Below are positions 28,626-39,148 of a DNA stretch of 64,000 nt, piece by piece (the first letter of the stretch is position 1; each line of letters starts with the position of its first letter). Under the pieces are notes generated by a model. The model saw only the letters and a list, made by a program, of their open reading frames with translations. It was not told the DNA's origin and did no database searches. The DNA comes from an uncultured delta proteobacterium (lineage in GTDB: Bacteria > Desulfobacterota > Binatia > Binatales > Binataceae), in the NCBI GenBank assembly GCA_963765675.1, contig CAVXXK010000004.1, forward strand, positions 1 to 64,000, written 5' to 3'. The position numbers and the translations under genes are program-made.

Positions 28626-29528
28626 TTACCAGTCGCCGACCAGCTTGACCTCCGGCTCGAGCCAGACGCCGCTTTGCTCCTTGACCCGGTTTCGCGCCAG
28701 CTCCATCAGGGCGCGCACTTCCTCCGCGCGCGCACCGCCAAGATTGACGATAAAATTCGCATGCTGATCCGAGAACGCCGCGCCGCCGACGCGCAGACCC
28801 TTTAAGCCTGCGCCTTCGAGCAGCCGTCCCGCAAACGTTCCGGGCGGATTTTTGAAGATCGATCCGGCGTTGGGAACTCCGCGCGGCTGGCGCGCCGCCC
28901 GCTTGTCGTGCAGGTCGGTTACGCGCGCGCGCAGGGAATCGCGATCGCCGGGGACGAGCTCGAACTCGACGCGGGTGATTACGAATCCGGCCGGAAGATT
29001 TGTGCGCCGATACGCGAAGTTGATTTCGTCCCTGGTCAGGTCGCGCGAGACACCTGCGCGTGTCACGCCATGAACGATAGTCACGACCTTCGCGATCTCA
29101 CCGCCGAATGCGCCGGCATTCATCACCAGTCCGCCGCCTACGGTTCCCGGAATGCCTTCGCCGAACTCGAGTCCGCCAAGACTTCGCTCGACGACGGCCT
29201 CGACCAGCACGCCGAAATCAACCGCCGCGCCTGAGATGACGTGCGTGCGATCGATCTCGACTTTGCGAAACCCCTCGCCGAGGCTGACAACGAGCCCGCG
29301 CACTCCGCGGTCGCTCACGAGGAGATTGGTTCCAGCGCCGAGACAGAAGGCAGGCGTGCCGCTGCGATAGGCCGACGCCATCGCGTGGCCGAGCTCGGTT
29401 TCGGTCTCGACTGCGAGGTAGAGATCGGCAGGTCCGCCGATTCTGAACGAGGTCAGATCGGCGAGCGGGCGCGAGGTCTTGAGGCGCGCGCCGAAACGCT
29501 CGTGCAGATCGCGCTCAAGCATGCTCAT
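28626..29528 (-). CDS. murB: UDP-N-acetylmuramate dehydrogenase
   Basis: TSFRIGGPAD, GIPGTVGG..MNAGA, NAGSIFKNP, HANFIVN. Confidence 0.96.
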   Translation of the reverse strand: MSMLERDLHERFGARLKTSRPLADLTSFRIGGPADLYLAVETETELGHAMASAYRSGTPAFCLGAGTNLLVSDRGVRGLVVSLGEGFRKVEIDRTHVISGAAVDFGVLVEAVVERSLGGLEFGEGIPGTVGGGLVMNAGAFGGEIAKVVTIVHGVTRAGVSRDLTRDEINFAYRRTNLPAGFVITRVEFELVPGDRDSLRARVTDLHDKRAARQPRGVPNAGSIFKNPPGTFAGRLLEGAGLKGLRVGGAAFSDQHANFIVNLGGARAEEVRALMELARNRVKEQSGVWLEPEVKLVGDW

Positions 29529-30939
29529 ACGGCTTGGCCTCGTTTGCGAGCGCGCCGAGAATCCGGTCGCCGAGTTTGTAGATATCGCCCGCGCCGAGCG
29601 TGACGATCAAATCGCCGGAGCGCGACGCGTCGGCGACTTCACGAGCAGGTTCGAGCTCGCGGGTCAGGTAATGAACCTCGAGATGGCCACGCGCGCGAAT
29701 CGCCTCATACAGGCGGCGCGAAGAAACACCGGGAATCGGGTCCTCGCCGGCCGCATAGATGTCGAGAATATAGAGCGCGCCGGCGTCATCGAAGGCGGTC
29801 AGAAATTCGTCGAACAGATCGCGCATCCTGGTATAGCGATGCGGCTGGAACACCGCGACGACCCGGCGCTTGAATCCTGCGCGCGCCGCGGCGAGAGTTG
29901 CGCGAACCTCGGCCGGATGATGCGCGTAGTCGTCGAGCACGATCCGGCCGTTGCTCTCGCCCTTGATCTCGAAGCGGCGGCCGATTCCGCCGAACTTCGC
30001 GAGCGCACGCGCGGCAATGTCAAAGTCGATTCCGAGCTCGATCGCGACTGCAATCGCGGCCAGCGAGTTCAGCGCGACGTGCATCCCCGGAGTCGGCAGC
30101 GTGACCGTCCCAAGCGCGGTGCCCTTGAAGATCACCTCGAAACGCGTCGAGAGGCCATCGATCACGACGTGCTCGGCGCGCAGGTCGGCATCCGCCGCGA
30201 CACCGTAGGTGATGACCGGCTTGCGCACCTGCGCCAGCATCGCGCGGACATTGGCGCTGTCGATTCCCAAAATCGCGCGCCCATAGAACGGCACGCGATT
30301 GATGAAGCTCGCGAAAGCCTCACGCAGGCGGTCCATCGAGCCGTAGTGATCCAGATGCTCAGGATCGATATTGGTCACAATCGCGATTGTCGGAAGCAGC
30401 AACAGGAACGACGCGTCGCTCTCGTCGGCTTCGGCAACCATGTAATCGCCGCGTCCGAGGCGCACGTTGCTGCCAGTGTTGCGCAGGTTTCCGCCGATCG
30501 CGACCGTCGGGTCGAGGCCAGCCTCTTCCATGATCAGGGCGACCAGCGCGGTAGTCGTGGTTTTACCGTGAGTGCCCGCAACCGCGACTCCGAGCTTTAC
30601 CATCCGCAGAAGCTCACCCAGCATCTCGGCGCGCGGGAGTACCGGAATCTTGAGATCGCGGGCGCGCGCGACTTCAGGATTCGAAAATTTTATCGCGGAC
30701 GAAATCACGACCGCGTCGAGCGGCGCGCGCAGATGCGACGGATGATGCCCGATCTCGATTTGCGCGCCGAGCGACTGGAGCCGCGCGGTCGCGACGCTCT
30801 CCGCGAGATCGCATCCGCTGACCGCGAAGCCCAGGCTCAGCGAGAGCTCAGCGATTCCGCTCATCCCGGCGCCGCCGATTCCGATGAAATGAAGCCGGCG
30901 TTTAGGCGCGAGGAATCCCGATGTGAGCGCGGTATCCAT
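29515..30939 (-). CDS. murC: UDP-N-acetylmuramate--L-alanine ligase
   Basis: HFIGIGGAGMSGIA, GTHGKTTTT, EADESD, DDYAHHP. Confidence 0.97.
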   Translation of the reverse strand: MDTALTSGFLAPKRRLHFIGIGGAGMSGIAELSLSLGFAVSGCDLAESVATARLQSLGAQIEIGHHPSHLRAPLDAVVISSAIKFSNPEVARARDLKIPVLPRAEMLGELLRMVKLGVAVAGTHGKTTTTALVALIMEEAGLDPTVAIGGNLRNTGSNVRLGRGDYMVAEADESDASFLLLLPTIAIVTNIDPEHLDHYGSMDRLREAFASFINRVPFYGRAILGIDSANVRAMLAQVRKPVITYGVAADADLRAEHVVIDGLSTRFEVIFKGTALGTVTLPTPGMHVALNSLAAIAVAIELGIDFDIAARALAKFGGIGRRFEIKGESNGRIVLDDYAHHPAEVRATLAAARAGFKRRVVAVFQPHRYTRMRDLFDEFLTAFDDAGALYILDIYAAGEDPIPGVSSRRLYEAIRARGHLEVHYLTRELEPAREVADASRSGDLIVTLGAGDIYKLGDRILGALANEAKPYEHA

Positions 30940-30944
30940 CCGTT

Positions 30945-32024
30945 CTAGTTCTCCACCCGTGCGGTGCTGAAGCAAACCCGCGCGACGCGCGCGGCGGCGT
31001 CGGGAAAGACCGCGCCATTGGCGCGTGTGCCCATCGCGACGAGGCGCGCGGGATCGGCGAGGAGGGCTTTCATTTCGCGCGCGAGATTTTCCGCGAGGCG
31101 CTCGTCGTCTTTGACGATAATTGCGCCTTCGAGTTTTTCGATCACGCGGGCGTTATGAAGCTGCTGCATATCACGATGAAACGGATACGGCACAAAAATC
31201 GCCGCCCGGGCGGCAAGCGCAATATCGGTGACGGTGCCGCCGCCACTGCGCGCGACGACCAGGTCGGCCGCCGCGAGCGCGCTGGGCATGTCTTGTATAA
31301 ACGGAACTACTTCCGCCTCAAACGGAAGCTCACGGTAAGCCTGCCGCACCACCTCAACGTCCGCCTCCCCAGTCTGATGTATGACCTTCAGCTTTATAAC
31401 ACCTTTTCCCCAGATTTTGAAAGCCTCTAGGACTCCAATATTGAGGCGATGCGCGCCGGTCGAGGCGCCTAAAACAAGGATTTGAGCCGGACGACCTTGG
31501 ATTGGAAGCCGATCCGTGCGCGGATTATAGCGCACCGGGTTGCCGGTCAGCTCAATTTTGGACTGGGGAAAATAGGCGCGGCTGTCGGGAAAGCTGATGC
31601 AGATTTTGCTCGCAAAGCGCTTCAGGATCCGGTTGGCGAGCCCCGGCAGCACGTTCTGCTCGAGCATCACGATCGGCACCCGCGCGAGCGCCGCTGCGAC
31701 CCCGACCGGCGCCGACGCATAGCCGCCCACGCATACGACCAGATGCGGGCGGACTCGTTTGACCAGCACCCGCGCCTGTCCGATCGCGCGCGCGAACTCA
31801 GCGAGGGCGCGCAGCCGCGCGGCGGCGCCATGACCGCGAATCCCGTGGACGTTCAAAAGCTCGAAGCGGTAGCCGCTATTGGGCAGCCATCGGGCCTCGA
31901 AGCCGTTGAGGGTGCCGACGTACAAAACCTCCGCGTCCGGACGCTGGCGGATTATCTCCTCGCCGACCGCGACGGCGGGGAAAAGATGGCCTCCGGTGCC
32001 TCCGCCGGCGATGATCAACCTCAT
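30945..32024 (-). CDS. murG: MurG GlcNAc transferase
   Basis: GGGTGGHLFP, GGYAS, EQNVLPGLAN, TGNPVR. Confidence 0.97.
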   Translation of the reverse strand: MRLIIAGGGTGGHLFPAVAVGEEIIRQRPDAEVLYVGTLNGFEARWLPNSGYRFELLNVHGIRGHGAAARLRALAEFARAIGQARVLVKRVRPHLVVCVGGYASAPVGVAAALARVPIVMLEQNVLPGLANRILKRFASKICISFPDSRAYFPQSKIELTGNPVRYNPRTDRLPIQGRPAQILVLGASTGAHRLNIGVLEAFKIWGKGVIKLKVIHQTGEADVEVVRQAYRELPFEAEVVPFIQDMPSALAAADLVVARSGGGTVTDIALAARAAIFVPYPFHRDMQQLHNARVIEKLEGAIIVKDDERLAENLAREMKALLADPARLVAMGTRANGAVFPDAAARVARVCFSTARVEN

Positions 32025-32049
32025 CCGATATTTCTCGCGGCAATTTTTT

Positions 32050-33198
32050 TCATCGGACTGCGGGCCGTCTGCCGAGCGCGAGCAGCGCGCCGAGTGCCGC
32101 CATCGCCATCATGATCGCGGTGCCGCCGTAACTCAAAAACGGCAGCGGCAATCCCTTGGTCGGAATCATTCCAATTACGACCGCCATGTTGATCAGCGCT
32201 TGCAGCGAGAGCAGCGAGGTCAGCCCGACCGCGAGCAGACTTGCGAACGGGTCGGGCTCGTCGTGCGCAATGCGCATCCCGCGGAACAGGATCGTGCAGA
32301 ACAGCGCGATCACGATACACGCGCCGATAATTCCAAACTCCTCGCCGACCACGGCGAAAATGAAGTCGGTGTGCGACTGCGGCAGGTAGAACATTTTTTG
32401 GCGGCCCGCGCCGAGTCCTACTCCGCGCAATCCGCCTGCGCCGAGTGCGATGAACGATTGGATCAACTGAAAGCCCGCGCCGCGCGCGACCTGCCATGGA
32501 TCGAGAAACGCGGTCAGGCGGCGCATCCGATACGACTTCGCGCACATCTGCACCACCAGACCCACCAGCGCGATCGCTCCAGCAGCGCCCAGATGCTTCG
32601 CCTCGGCGCCCGCCGCATAGAGCATCACGAACAGGATCACCGAGATCATCACGGTCGAGCCGAAGTCGGGTTGCTTGAGCAGAATTATCGCGAGCGCGCC
32701 GACGATTGCGAAGGCTGGCGCGGGGCCGCGCATAAAATCGCGCAGGCGATCCTGGCGGCGGCTCAAAAAGTCGGCGAGAAAAAAAACCAGCGCGAATTTC
32801 ACTATCTCGGACGGCTCGAGAACGACCGGACCGATCCTCAGCCAGCGCCGCGCGCCGCCACGCACCAGGCCCAGATGCGGCAGATAGACCGCGAGTAACA
32901 TCACGACTGAAATGATGGCGAGCGGCATCACAAGGCGGCGCAACCCAACGATCGAGAACTGCGAGAGCATTATGAGCACGAGGAATCCAGCGACGATATG
33001 CACCAGATGGAGCTTGAAAAAATGAAACGCGTCGCCGGTCTTTTCGAGGCCAAGAAAATAGGTCGTGTTCAGCACCATCAGCAGGCCGAACAAAATCAGC
33101 GCCGCCGCCGGCAGCCATAGCCACGGGTCGGGACGCCGGTATTCGACCGCCTCAAAGCGCCCGAACCAGCTTTTGAAATAACTCTCCGCGCTCTGCAT
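32050..33198 (-). CDS. ftsW: Peptidoglycan polymerase FtsW
   Basis: GARRWL, EPSEIVK, QPDFGS, YLPQSHTDFIF, IPTKGLPLPFLSYGG; start uncertain (overlaps murD). Confidence 0.95.
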   Translation of the reverse strand: MQSAESYFKSWFGRFEAVEYRRPDPWLWLPAAALILFGLLMVLNTTYFLGLEKTGDAFHFFKLHLVHIVAGFLVLIMLSQFSIVGLRRLVMPLAIISVVMLLAVYLPHLGLVRGGARRWLRIGPVVLEPSEIVKFALVFFLADFLSRRQDRLRDFMRGPAPAFAIVGALAIILLKQPDFGSTVMISVILFVMLYAAGAEAKHLGAAGAIALVGLVVQMCAKSYRMRRLTAFLDPWQVARGAGFQLIQSFIALGAGGLRGVGLGAGRQKMFYLPQSHTDFIFAVVGEEFGIIGACIVIALFCTILFRGMRIAHDEPDPFASLLAVGLTSLLSLQALINMAVVIGMIPTKGLPLPFLSYGGTAIMMAMAALGALLALGRRPAVR

Positions 33199-34477
33199 AG
33201 TCCTTGAACTGATCGAAACTCGAGCACGCCGGCGACAGCAAAACCGTATCGCCTTTTCGCGCCACCCGCGCCGCCCGTTCGACCGCCTCCGCCAGAGTCG
33301 TAACCAGTTCGATCTCGCACGCGCCGGTCAGCGCCGCGCGCATCTGCTCCCGCGCCGCGCCGATCAGAATCGCGCGGCTGACCTTGCGCCCCATCGGCGC
33401 GATGAGCGGGCTGTAGTCGCCGCCCTTATCGACCCCGCCCGCGATCAAAATGATCGGCGCCGTGATTGCTCCAATCGCCTCGACTACTGCGCCGACGTTG
33501 GTGCCTTTCGAATCGTCGATCCATCGCACGCCATCGCGCTCGCGCACGAATTCGAGGCGATGCGGCAAGCCCGCGAACAGGCTCAGCACATGTTCGATCA
33601 CGTTCTCGTCCACGTACATCGCAAGGGCAGCGGCCGCCGCGGCCATCGCGTTGGAGACGTTGTGCTCGCCCGGAAGCTTGAACCCCGCGATACTGATTTG
33701 GCCGCGGCGCGAGCCCATGTCGAAGATCAGCGAACGGTTTTCGTGCCAGATGCCCGGCACATGTCCGGTGGCGACGAAGCCGAAAGAGAACACTCGCGCG
33801 CGCACCGACTTCGCGAGCTCCCAGACATTAGGATCGTCGCGATTGAGAACCGCCCAGTCACCGCCGTCCTGATTTTCGAACATCCGCGCCTTTGCGACCC
33901 CGTACTGGGCGAGATCGCGGTAGCGATCGAAATGATCGTCGGTGAGATTAAGATAGACACCGACCTTGGGCTTGAAATGCACGGTCGATTCGAGCTGAAA
34001 GCTCGAGACCTCGGCGACGATCGCGTCGTAGATGCCGCCGACGGCGGTGATGAGCGGAGGTTGCAGGTTTCCGCCGACAAACGGATGCATTCCGGCGGCT
34101 TTCAGAATCGCGCCGAGCAGAACGGTCACGGTGCTCTTGCCGTTAGTGCCGGTGATCGCCGCGATCGGCGCGGAGAGGAACCGCGACGCGAGCTCGACCT
34201 CACCGATAATCTCGATCTTGCGCTTGGCCGCCGCCGCGAGCAGCGGAGAATCGAGCGCGGCTCCAGGACTGGCGACGATGAGATCGACTCCGTCGAGCCA
34301 GGCCGTATTCTCCGCGCCGAGTTTCAATTGTCCCGGCGGAAGTTGCGTGCGGTCGATATCGGATCTGCGATCGGTGAGGATCAGATGCGCCCCGTGGGCC
34401 GACAGAAATTTCGCCGCCGCGATTCCGGTCGTCGCCAGCCCGACAACCATCACCGTTTTGCCCGCGAGTTTCATCAT
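33152..34477 (-). CDS. murD: UDP-MurNAc-L-Ala--D-Glu ligase
   Basis: ITGTNGKSTVT, EVSSFQLE, DDSKGTN, LSPACSSFDQF. Confidence 0.97.
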   Translation of the reverse strand: MMKLAGKTVMVVGLATTGIAAAKFLSAHGAHLILTDRRSDIDRTQLPPGQLKLGAENTAWLDGVDLIVASPGAALDSPLLAAAAKRKIEIIGEVELASRFLSAPIAAITGTNGKSTVTVLLGAILKAAGMHPFVGGNLQPPLITAVGGIYDAIVAEVSSFQLESTVHFKPKVGVYLNLTDDHFDRYRDLAQYGVAKARMFENQDGGDWAVLNRDDPNVWELAKSVRARVFSFGFVATGHVPGIWHENRSLIFDMGSRRGQISIAGFKLPGEHNVSNAMAAAAAALAMYVDENVIEHVLSLFAGLPHRLEFVRERDGVRWIDDSKGTNVGAVVEAIGAITAPIILIAGGVDKGGDYSPLIAPMGRKVSRAILIGAAREQMRAALTGACEIELVTTLAEAVERAARVARKGDTVLLSPACSSFDQFKDYAERGELFQKLVRAL

Positions 34478-34508
34478 CGTTCGAGTATAAGCGCCGCAGT
34501 TAATAGAG

Positions 34509-35591
34509 TCAGCGAAGTTTCAGCGTCGAGAGCGCCACCAACGCGCACACGATCGAGATAATCCAGAAACGCACCACCACCACCGTTTCGGGCCATCCGC
34601 TCAGCTCAAAATGATGATGTATCGGCGCCATCCGGAAAAAGCGTTTGCCGCCGGTCCACTTGAAGTAGTAGCGCTGAATAATCACCGACGCGGCTTCGAT
34701 CACGAACACTCCGCCCGCCATCACCAGCGCGAGCTCCTGCTTGCACAGCACCGCGACCATCCCAAGCGCTCCGCCGAGCGATAGCGCGCCTACGTCGCCC
34801 ATGATCATCGAGGCAGGGTAGGCGTTGAACCAGAGGAAGCCGAGCGATGCCGCGATCAGGGACGCGCAGAAGATCGCGACCTCGCCTGCGCCCACGACGT
34901 GCGGGATTTGCAGGTAGGTAGCGAATTTCAGGTTGCCGGCGACGTAACTGAAAACCCAGTAGGTGAATGCGGTGGTCATGACCGGGCCAATCGCAAGGCC
35001 GTCGAGCCCGTCGGTAAAATTCACCGCGTGCGAGCATCCGGCGATCACCAGCATCGCGAACGGGATATAGAAGATCGGGCCCCAATCGGGATGCAGGTTT
35101 TTCGCGAACGGGATGGTGAGGGTGGTGGGAAATTTCAGCACCGCGAACAGAAACACTGAGGCGATCAGCGCGCAACCGAATGTGCCGCCGAGCTTCGCCG
35201 ATTCGCTGAGCCCCAAGCCCTTGCCGCGCTTGAGCTTCAGATAATCGTCGCTAAACCCGATCGCGCCGAAGCTCGCGGTGACAAAGATGACGATCCAGAC
35301 GTAGGCATTGGTGATATTGGCCAGTAGCAGCGTGGCGGCCAGCGTCGCGGTCAGGATCAGCAAGCCGCCCATGGTCGGAGTGCCGGCCTTCTTCTGATGG
35401 CTTTGCGGAACGACGTCGCGGATCGTCTGCCCGAAATGCGCGGCGCGAAAGCGATCGATCAGCCACGGTCCCATCGCGAGCGAAATCGCAAGCGCCGTCA
35501 GCCCCGCCAGCACCGAGCGAAAGGTTTCATAGCGAAGGACGTTGAAGCCTTGGAAATGGGTGTGCAGGCGATAGAGCAGCAGATACAGCAT
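34509..35591 (-). CDS. mraY: Phospho-MurNAc-pentapeptide transferase
   Basis: KAGTPTMGG, DDYLK, NFTDGLDGLA, MGDVG, MAPIHHHFE. Confidence 0.98.
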   Translation of the reverse strand: MLYLLLYRLHTHFQGFNVLRYETFRSVLAGLTALAISLAMGPWLIDRFRAAHFGQTIRDVVPQSHQKKAGTPTMGGLLILTATLAATLLLANITNAYVWIVIFVTASFGAIGFSDDYLKLKRGKGLGLSESAKLGGTFGCALIASVFLFAVLKFPTTLTIPFAKNLHPDWGPIFYIPFAMLVIAGCSHAVNFTDGLDGLAIGPVMTTAFTYWVFSYVAGNLKFATYLQIPHVVGAGEVAIFCASLIAASLGFLWFNAYPASMIMGDVGALSLGGALGMVAVLCKQELALVMAGGVFVIEAASVIIQRYYFKWTGGKRFFRMAPIHHHFELSGWPETVVVVRFWIISIVCALVALSTLKLR

Positions 35592-35597
35592 CGCGTC

Positions 35598-37103
35598 TCA
35601 ATCTGTCCGGTAGCGATGCTCCCGTGCAATCTCGCCGATCACGACGCGATCATCGAAGGCGAGCACGCGATCGCCGACCAACTGATAGTTCTCGTGGCCT
35701 TTGCCCGCGACGATCACGGTGTCGCCCGGCTCGGCAATGCTGAGCGCGAGTGCGATCGCGGCGCGACGGTCGGGCTCGACGCGATAGCTCTTCGCGCGAG
35801 CGCCAGTCTCTTTCAATGCGTCGCGAAGTCCGGCCTCGATCGCTGCGATGATCGCGCTCGGATCTTCGCTGCGCGGATTATCCGAGGTGATGATCGGAAG
35901 ATCCGCCAGGCGCGCGGCGAGTGCGCCCATGAGCGGACGCTTGCCGCGGTCGCGGTCGCCGCCGCATCCGAATACGCAGATCACTCGCCCGCGGGTGAAC
36001 TTGCGCGCCGTGCCAAGCACGGCCTCGAGCGCTTCGGGTTTGTGCGCATAATCGACCAGCACCAGAACTCCAGCGCGCGCGGGCACCGCCTCCATCCTGC
36101 CGGGGGCCCCTGGGCATCGCCGCACACCTTCCGCCACCGCCTCAGGTTCGATGCCCAGGGCCACCGACACGGCGGAGGCCCCAAGAATGTTGATCAGGTT
36201 GAATTCGCCGACGAGCGGCGAAGTAAACTCGATTTTTTTGCCGAGCGCAAGGATTGTCGCACGAATTCCGTCCGCACCGGCTGAGTAGCCCTGTGGATAA
36301 ACGTCGAGGCTCGGAGCGAGTCCGAAGCTGATCTTGCGCGTCTGCACGGCGGCGAGCACGCGCTGGCCGTACGGATCGTCGCCGCGCGCGACCGCGAAGA
36401 GATCGCCGCGGCGGCTGCGCGGAAGAATCTCGGTGAACAGGCGCAGCTTGGCGGCGAAGTAGTTTTCCATCGTGCCGTGATCATCAAGATGGTCGCGGCC
36501 CAGGTTAGTGAAGACTGCGGCGCGGAAGTTGAGCGCGTCCACCCGCCCTCCGGCGATCCCCATCGAGGAAATTTCCGCGGCGACGTACCGCACGCCTTCG
36601 TGCTCCATCCGCGCAAGTGCGGACTCGATATCGATCGACTCAGGCGTCGTGAGTCCGCTCGAAATTTTGGTCTGGCGGATGAAAGTTCCGACGGTGCCGA
36701 TAATCCCCGCCGGATGTCCGGCAGCTTCAAGGATCGACGCGAGCAGATAGGTCGTCGTGGTCTTGCCGCTCGTTCCGGTGATTCCGATCAGATCGAGGTG
36801 CTCGCTCGGCGCGCGGAAAAAACGCGACGCGGCCGCGCCCATCAGCAGGCGCGGCCGCGCGCTCTCGACAACGGTCACCGCGGGACGGGCGTCCTCACCA
36901 CCACCACCCACCACAATCGCCCGTGCACCGCGGTTTAATGCGTCATTTACGTTCGCGCGGCGGCGTTCCGGGTCGCGCGCGAGGGAAAAAAACAGATGGC
37001 CGGCAGCCACCGCGCGCGAGTCATAGCTGAGTCCCGAAATTTCCACCGCCCCATCGCCCTCAATCCGTCCATCGAGTCCCTCGAGTAGCTCGTCGAGCCT
37101 CAC
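35598..37103 (-). CDS. murE: MurE ligase (meso-DAP type)
   Basis: GITGTSGKTTT, TTPES, VDYAH, GGDRDRGKR, DNPR specificity motif, AGKGHE. Confidence 0.96.
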   Translation of the reverse strand: MRLDELLEGLDGRIEGDGAVEISGLSYDSRAVAAGHLFFSLARDPERRRANVNDALNRGARAIVVGGGGEDARPAVTVVESARPRLLMGAAASRFFRAPSEHLDLIGITGTSGKTTTTYLLASILEAAGHPAGIIGTVGTFIRQTKISSGLTTPESIDIESALARMEHEGVRYVAAEISSMGIAGGRVDALNFRAAVFTNLGRDHLDDHGTMENYFAAKLRLFTEILPRSRRGDLFAVARGDDPYGQRVLAAVQTRKISFGLAPSLDVYPQGYSAGADGIRATILALGKKIEFTSPLVGEFNLINILGASAVSVALGIEPEAVAEGVRRCPGAPGRMEAVPARAGVLVLVDYAHKPEALEAVLGTARKFTRGRVICVFGCGGDRDRGKRPLMGALAARLADLPIITSDNPRSEDPSAIIAAIEAGLRDALKETGARAKSYRVEPDRRAAIALALSIAEPGDTVIVAGKGHENYQLVGDRVLAFDDRVVIGEIAREHRYRTD

Positions 37104-39148
37104 ATCCCGCCCCCCGGCGCGACCCCGCTGGTGCGGATGACGCCAGTTTCAGCGGCCGCAATTTTGTCCGGCTGAATCGGCGCGAGCGTCAGCTTGATTC
37201 CCGCATGGCTCAGCGGAGCGCGAGGCGCGGGATCCTGTGCGATCACGTAACCGCTACCCCGCACTTCAAGCGTCACGCCGATTTTGCGCGCGACCATCAG
37301 CGCGCGCCGCAGGCTCATCCCGGAGAAGTTCGGAGTCGTCGGCGAGCCGGTTCCCGTCAGCGCGGGAATCTCGTCGCCGGCGTCGGGTGCTGAAACGTCG
37401 GCCAGGCGCGAATCGTTCTTTCCAGCCGCCGGCATCGGGACCATCCCGGCTACATCGTAGTTGCCGCCGGGCGCGGTGATATTCAGATCGCGCACCGCGC
37501 CTGAAGCGATCTCGCTGAACGCCGGCGCCGCATAGAGTCCGCCAAAATGGCCATGCCCGACGTCGTAGAGCACGACGAGGATCAGCAGGCGCGGATCGTC
37601 GGCGGGAAGAAACCCGACGAACGAGGACACGTGCCGATTCTGATAGTAGCCTCCCGCCGGATTCACCATCTGCGCGGTGCCGGTCTTGCCCGCGACGATA
37701 AAGCCGTCAACCTTGGCACGATGCGCGGTGCCATTGGGACCGTTTACGACATTGCGCAGAAGGAGATTCATCGTATGCGCAACCTCGGGCGAGATCACGC
37801 GGCGCATCACCTGCGGCGTATGGCGCAAAATCACATTGCCCTGCGCGTCGTACGCTGTCTTCACCACATAGGGGCGCACGATCAGTCCGCCGTTGGCGAT
37901 CGCCGCGTACGCGGTCGCAAGCTCGATCGGCGTCACCGAAACGCCCTGTCCGAAGCCATGATTTGCGAGATCGATCTCCTTCCACGTCGAAGGATTCATC
38001 ACCATCCCGCTCGCCTCGGCCGGCAGATCGATCCCGGTGCGCAGTCCAATTCCGAACGCGCGCATGCCCTGGTAGTAGCGCTCCGCGCCAAGCCCGAGCG
38101 CGATTTTCGCGGCGCCGATATTGGACGAAACCTCGATAATTCCGGCGAGGTCGAGCATGCCATGCTTGCTGTCATCGTGGATCGTGCGATGGTCGATCGT
38201 CCAGTGGCCCTCTTCGCAATAAATCTGCTTGTCGAGCGTGATCGCTCCGTCGGAAAGCGCAACCGAAGCGAGAATTCCTTTCATCGTCGAGCCCGGCTCG
38301 AACGCGTCCTGCACCGCGGCGTTATGCAAACGATCGTGCACGCTGGCGGGGTCGGCGCCGATATTCGCCATCGCGATAACTTCGCCGGTAAAGGGATCGA
38401 GCACGATCGCCGCGCCGCGCTTGGCGCCGCTTTGCTGCACCTCGGCTGCGAGCTCGGTCTCGGCCAGCGACTGGACCGATGAATCGATCGTAAGTTCGAG
38501 TTGCGCGCCCGGTTCCGGCGTCTTGAGCTCTAGCGGGCTGTCGAAAATCGGATGCCCCAACGCGTCGTGGTAGAAGCTCAGCTCGACCGGCTCCCCGCGA
38601 ATCAATTTGTTGTATTCGAGTTCGAGGCCGGAGAGCCCCTGGCCGTCCATCCCCGCAAGCCCGACCACCGCCGCGGCCAGGTTGCTCTCCGGATAAAAGC
38701 GTTTGTATTCGCTGAGCGCGCCGACGCCCTCGATTCCGAGAGCCTCGGCCGCCTGGGCCTTGTCCACCGACACCCGCCGCACCAGCCACACGAAGGGAGA
38801 AGGTTTGGCGAGCTTGGCTTCGAGCTCGCTCGCGCTGAGCCCGAGAGCTGCCGCGAGCTTGGCGCGCTCGTGCGCGGTCGTCGTATCGAGCACGCGATGC
38901 GGCCGCGCATAGACCGAGCGCGTCTCGGCGGAAAGCGCGAGCGGCTCTCCGTTGCGATCGACGATCGGCCCGCGCACCGCGGCAAGTTCGGTTTCGCCGG
39001 TATGCTCACTTTTCGCGAGCGAGACCAGGCGCGGACCGTCGAACTCGACCAGCACCACCAGGCGCATCACCGCCATCACAAATAGCGACGCCAGCACCAG
39101 CGTCAGCCAGCCCACGCGCGCGCGGCGCTGTTTGAACGATACGTTCAT
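37100..39148 (-). CDS. ftsI: PBP3 / FtsI with C-terminal PASTA domain
   Basis: RGPIVDRNG, EPGSTMK (SxxK), SSN, KTG. Confidence 0.95.
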   Translation of the reverse strand: MNVSFKQRRARVGWLTLVLASLFVMAVMRLVVLVEFDGPRLVSLAKSEHTGETELAAVRGPIVDRNGEPLALSAETRSVYARPHRVLDTTTAHERAKLAAALGLSASELEAKLAKPSPFVWLVRRVSVDKAQAAEALGIEGVGALSEYKRFYPESNLAAAVVGLAGMDGQGLSGLELEYNKLIRGEPVELSFYHDALGHPIFDSPLELKTPEPGAQLELTIDSSVQSLAETELAAEVQQSGAKRGAAIVLDPFTGEVIAMANIGADPASVHDRLHNAAVQDAFEPGSTMKGILASVALSDGAITLDKQIYCEEGHWTIDHRTIHDDSKHGMLDLAGIIEVSSNIGAAKIALGLGAERYYQGMRAFGIGLRTGIDLPAEASGMVMNPSTWKEIDLANHGFGQGVSVTPIELATAYAAIANGGLIVRPYVVKTAYDAQGNVILRHTPQVMRRVISPEVAHTMNLLLRNVVNGPNGTAHRAKVDGFIVAGKTGTAQMVNPAGGYYQNRHVSSFVGFLPADDPRLLILVVLYDVGHGHFGGLYAAPAFSEIASGAVRDLNITAPGGNYDVAGMVPMPAAGKNDSRLADVSAPDAGDEIPALTGTGSPTTPNFSGMSLRRALMVARKIGVTLEVRGSGYVIAQDPAPRAPLSHAGIKLTLAPIQPDKIAAAETGVIRTSGVAPGGGM

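Noticed and set aside
33140-33198. Non-canonical GTC start for ftsW
   Set aside because: An in-frame ATG at 33198 exists, and a GTG-to-GTC read error cannot be excluded; too little support.
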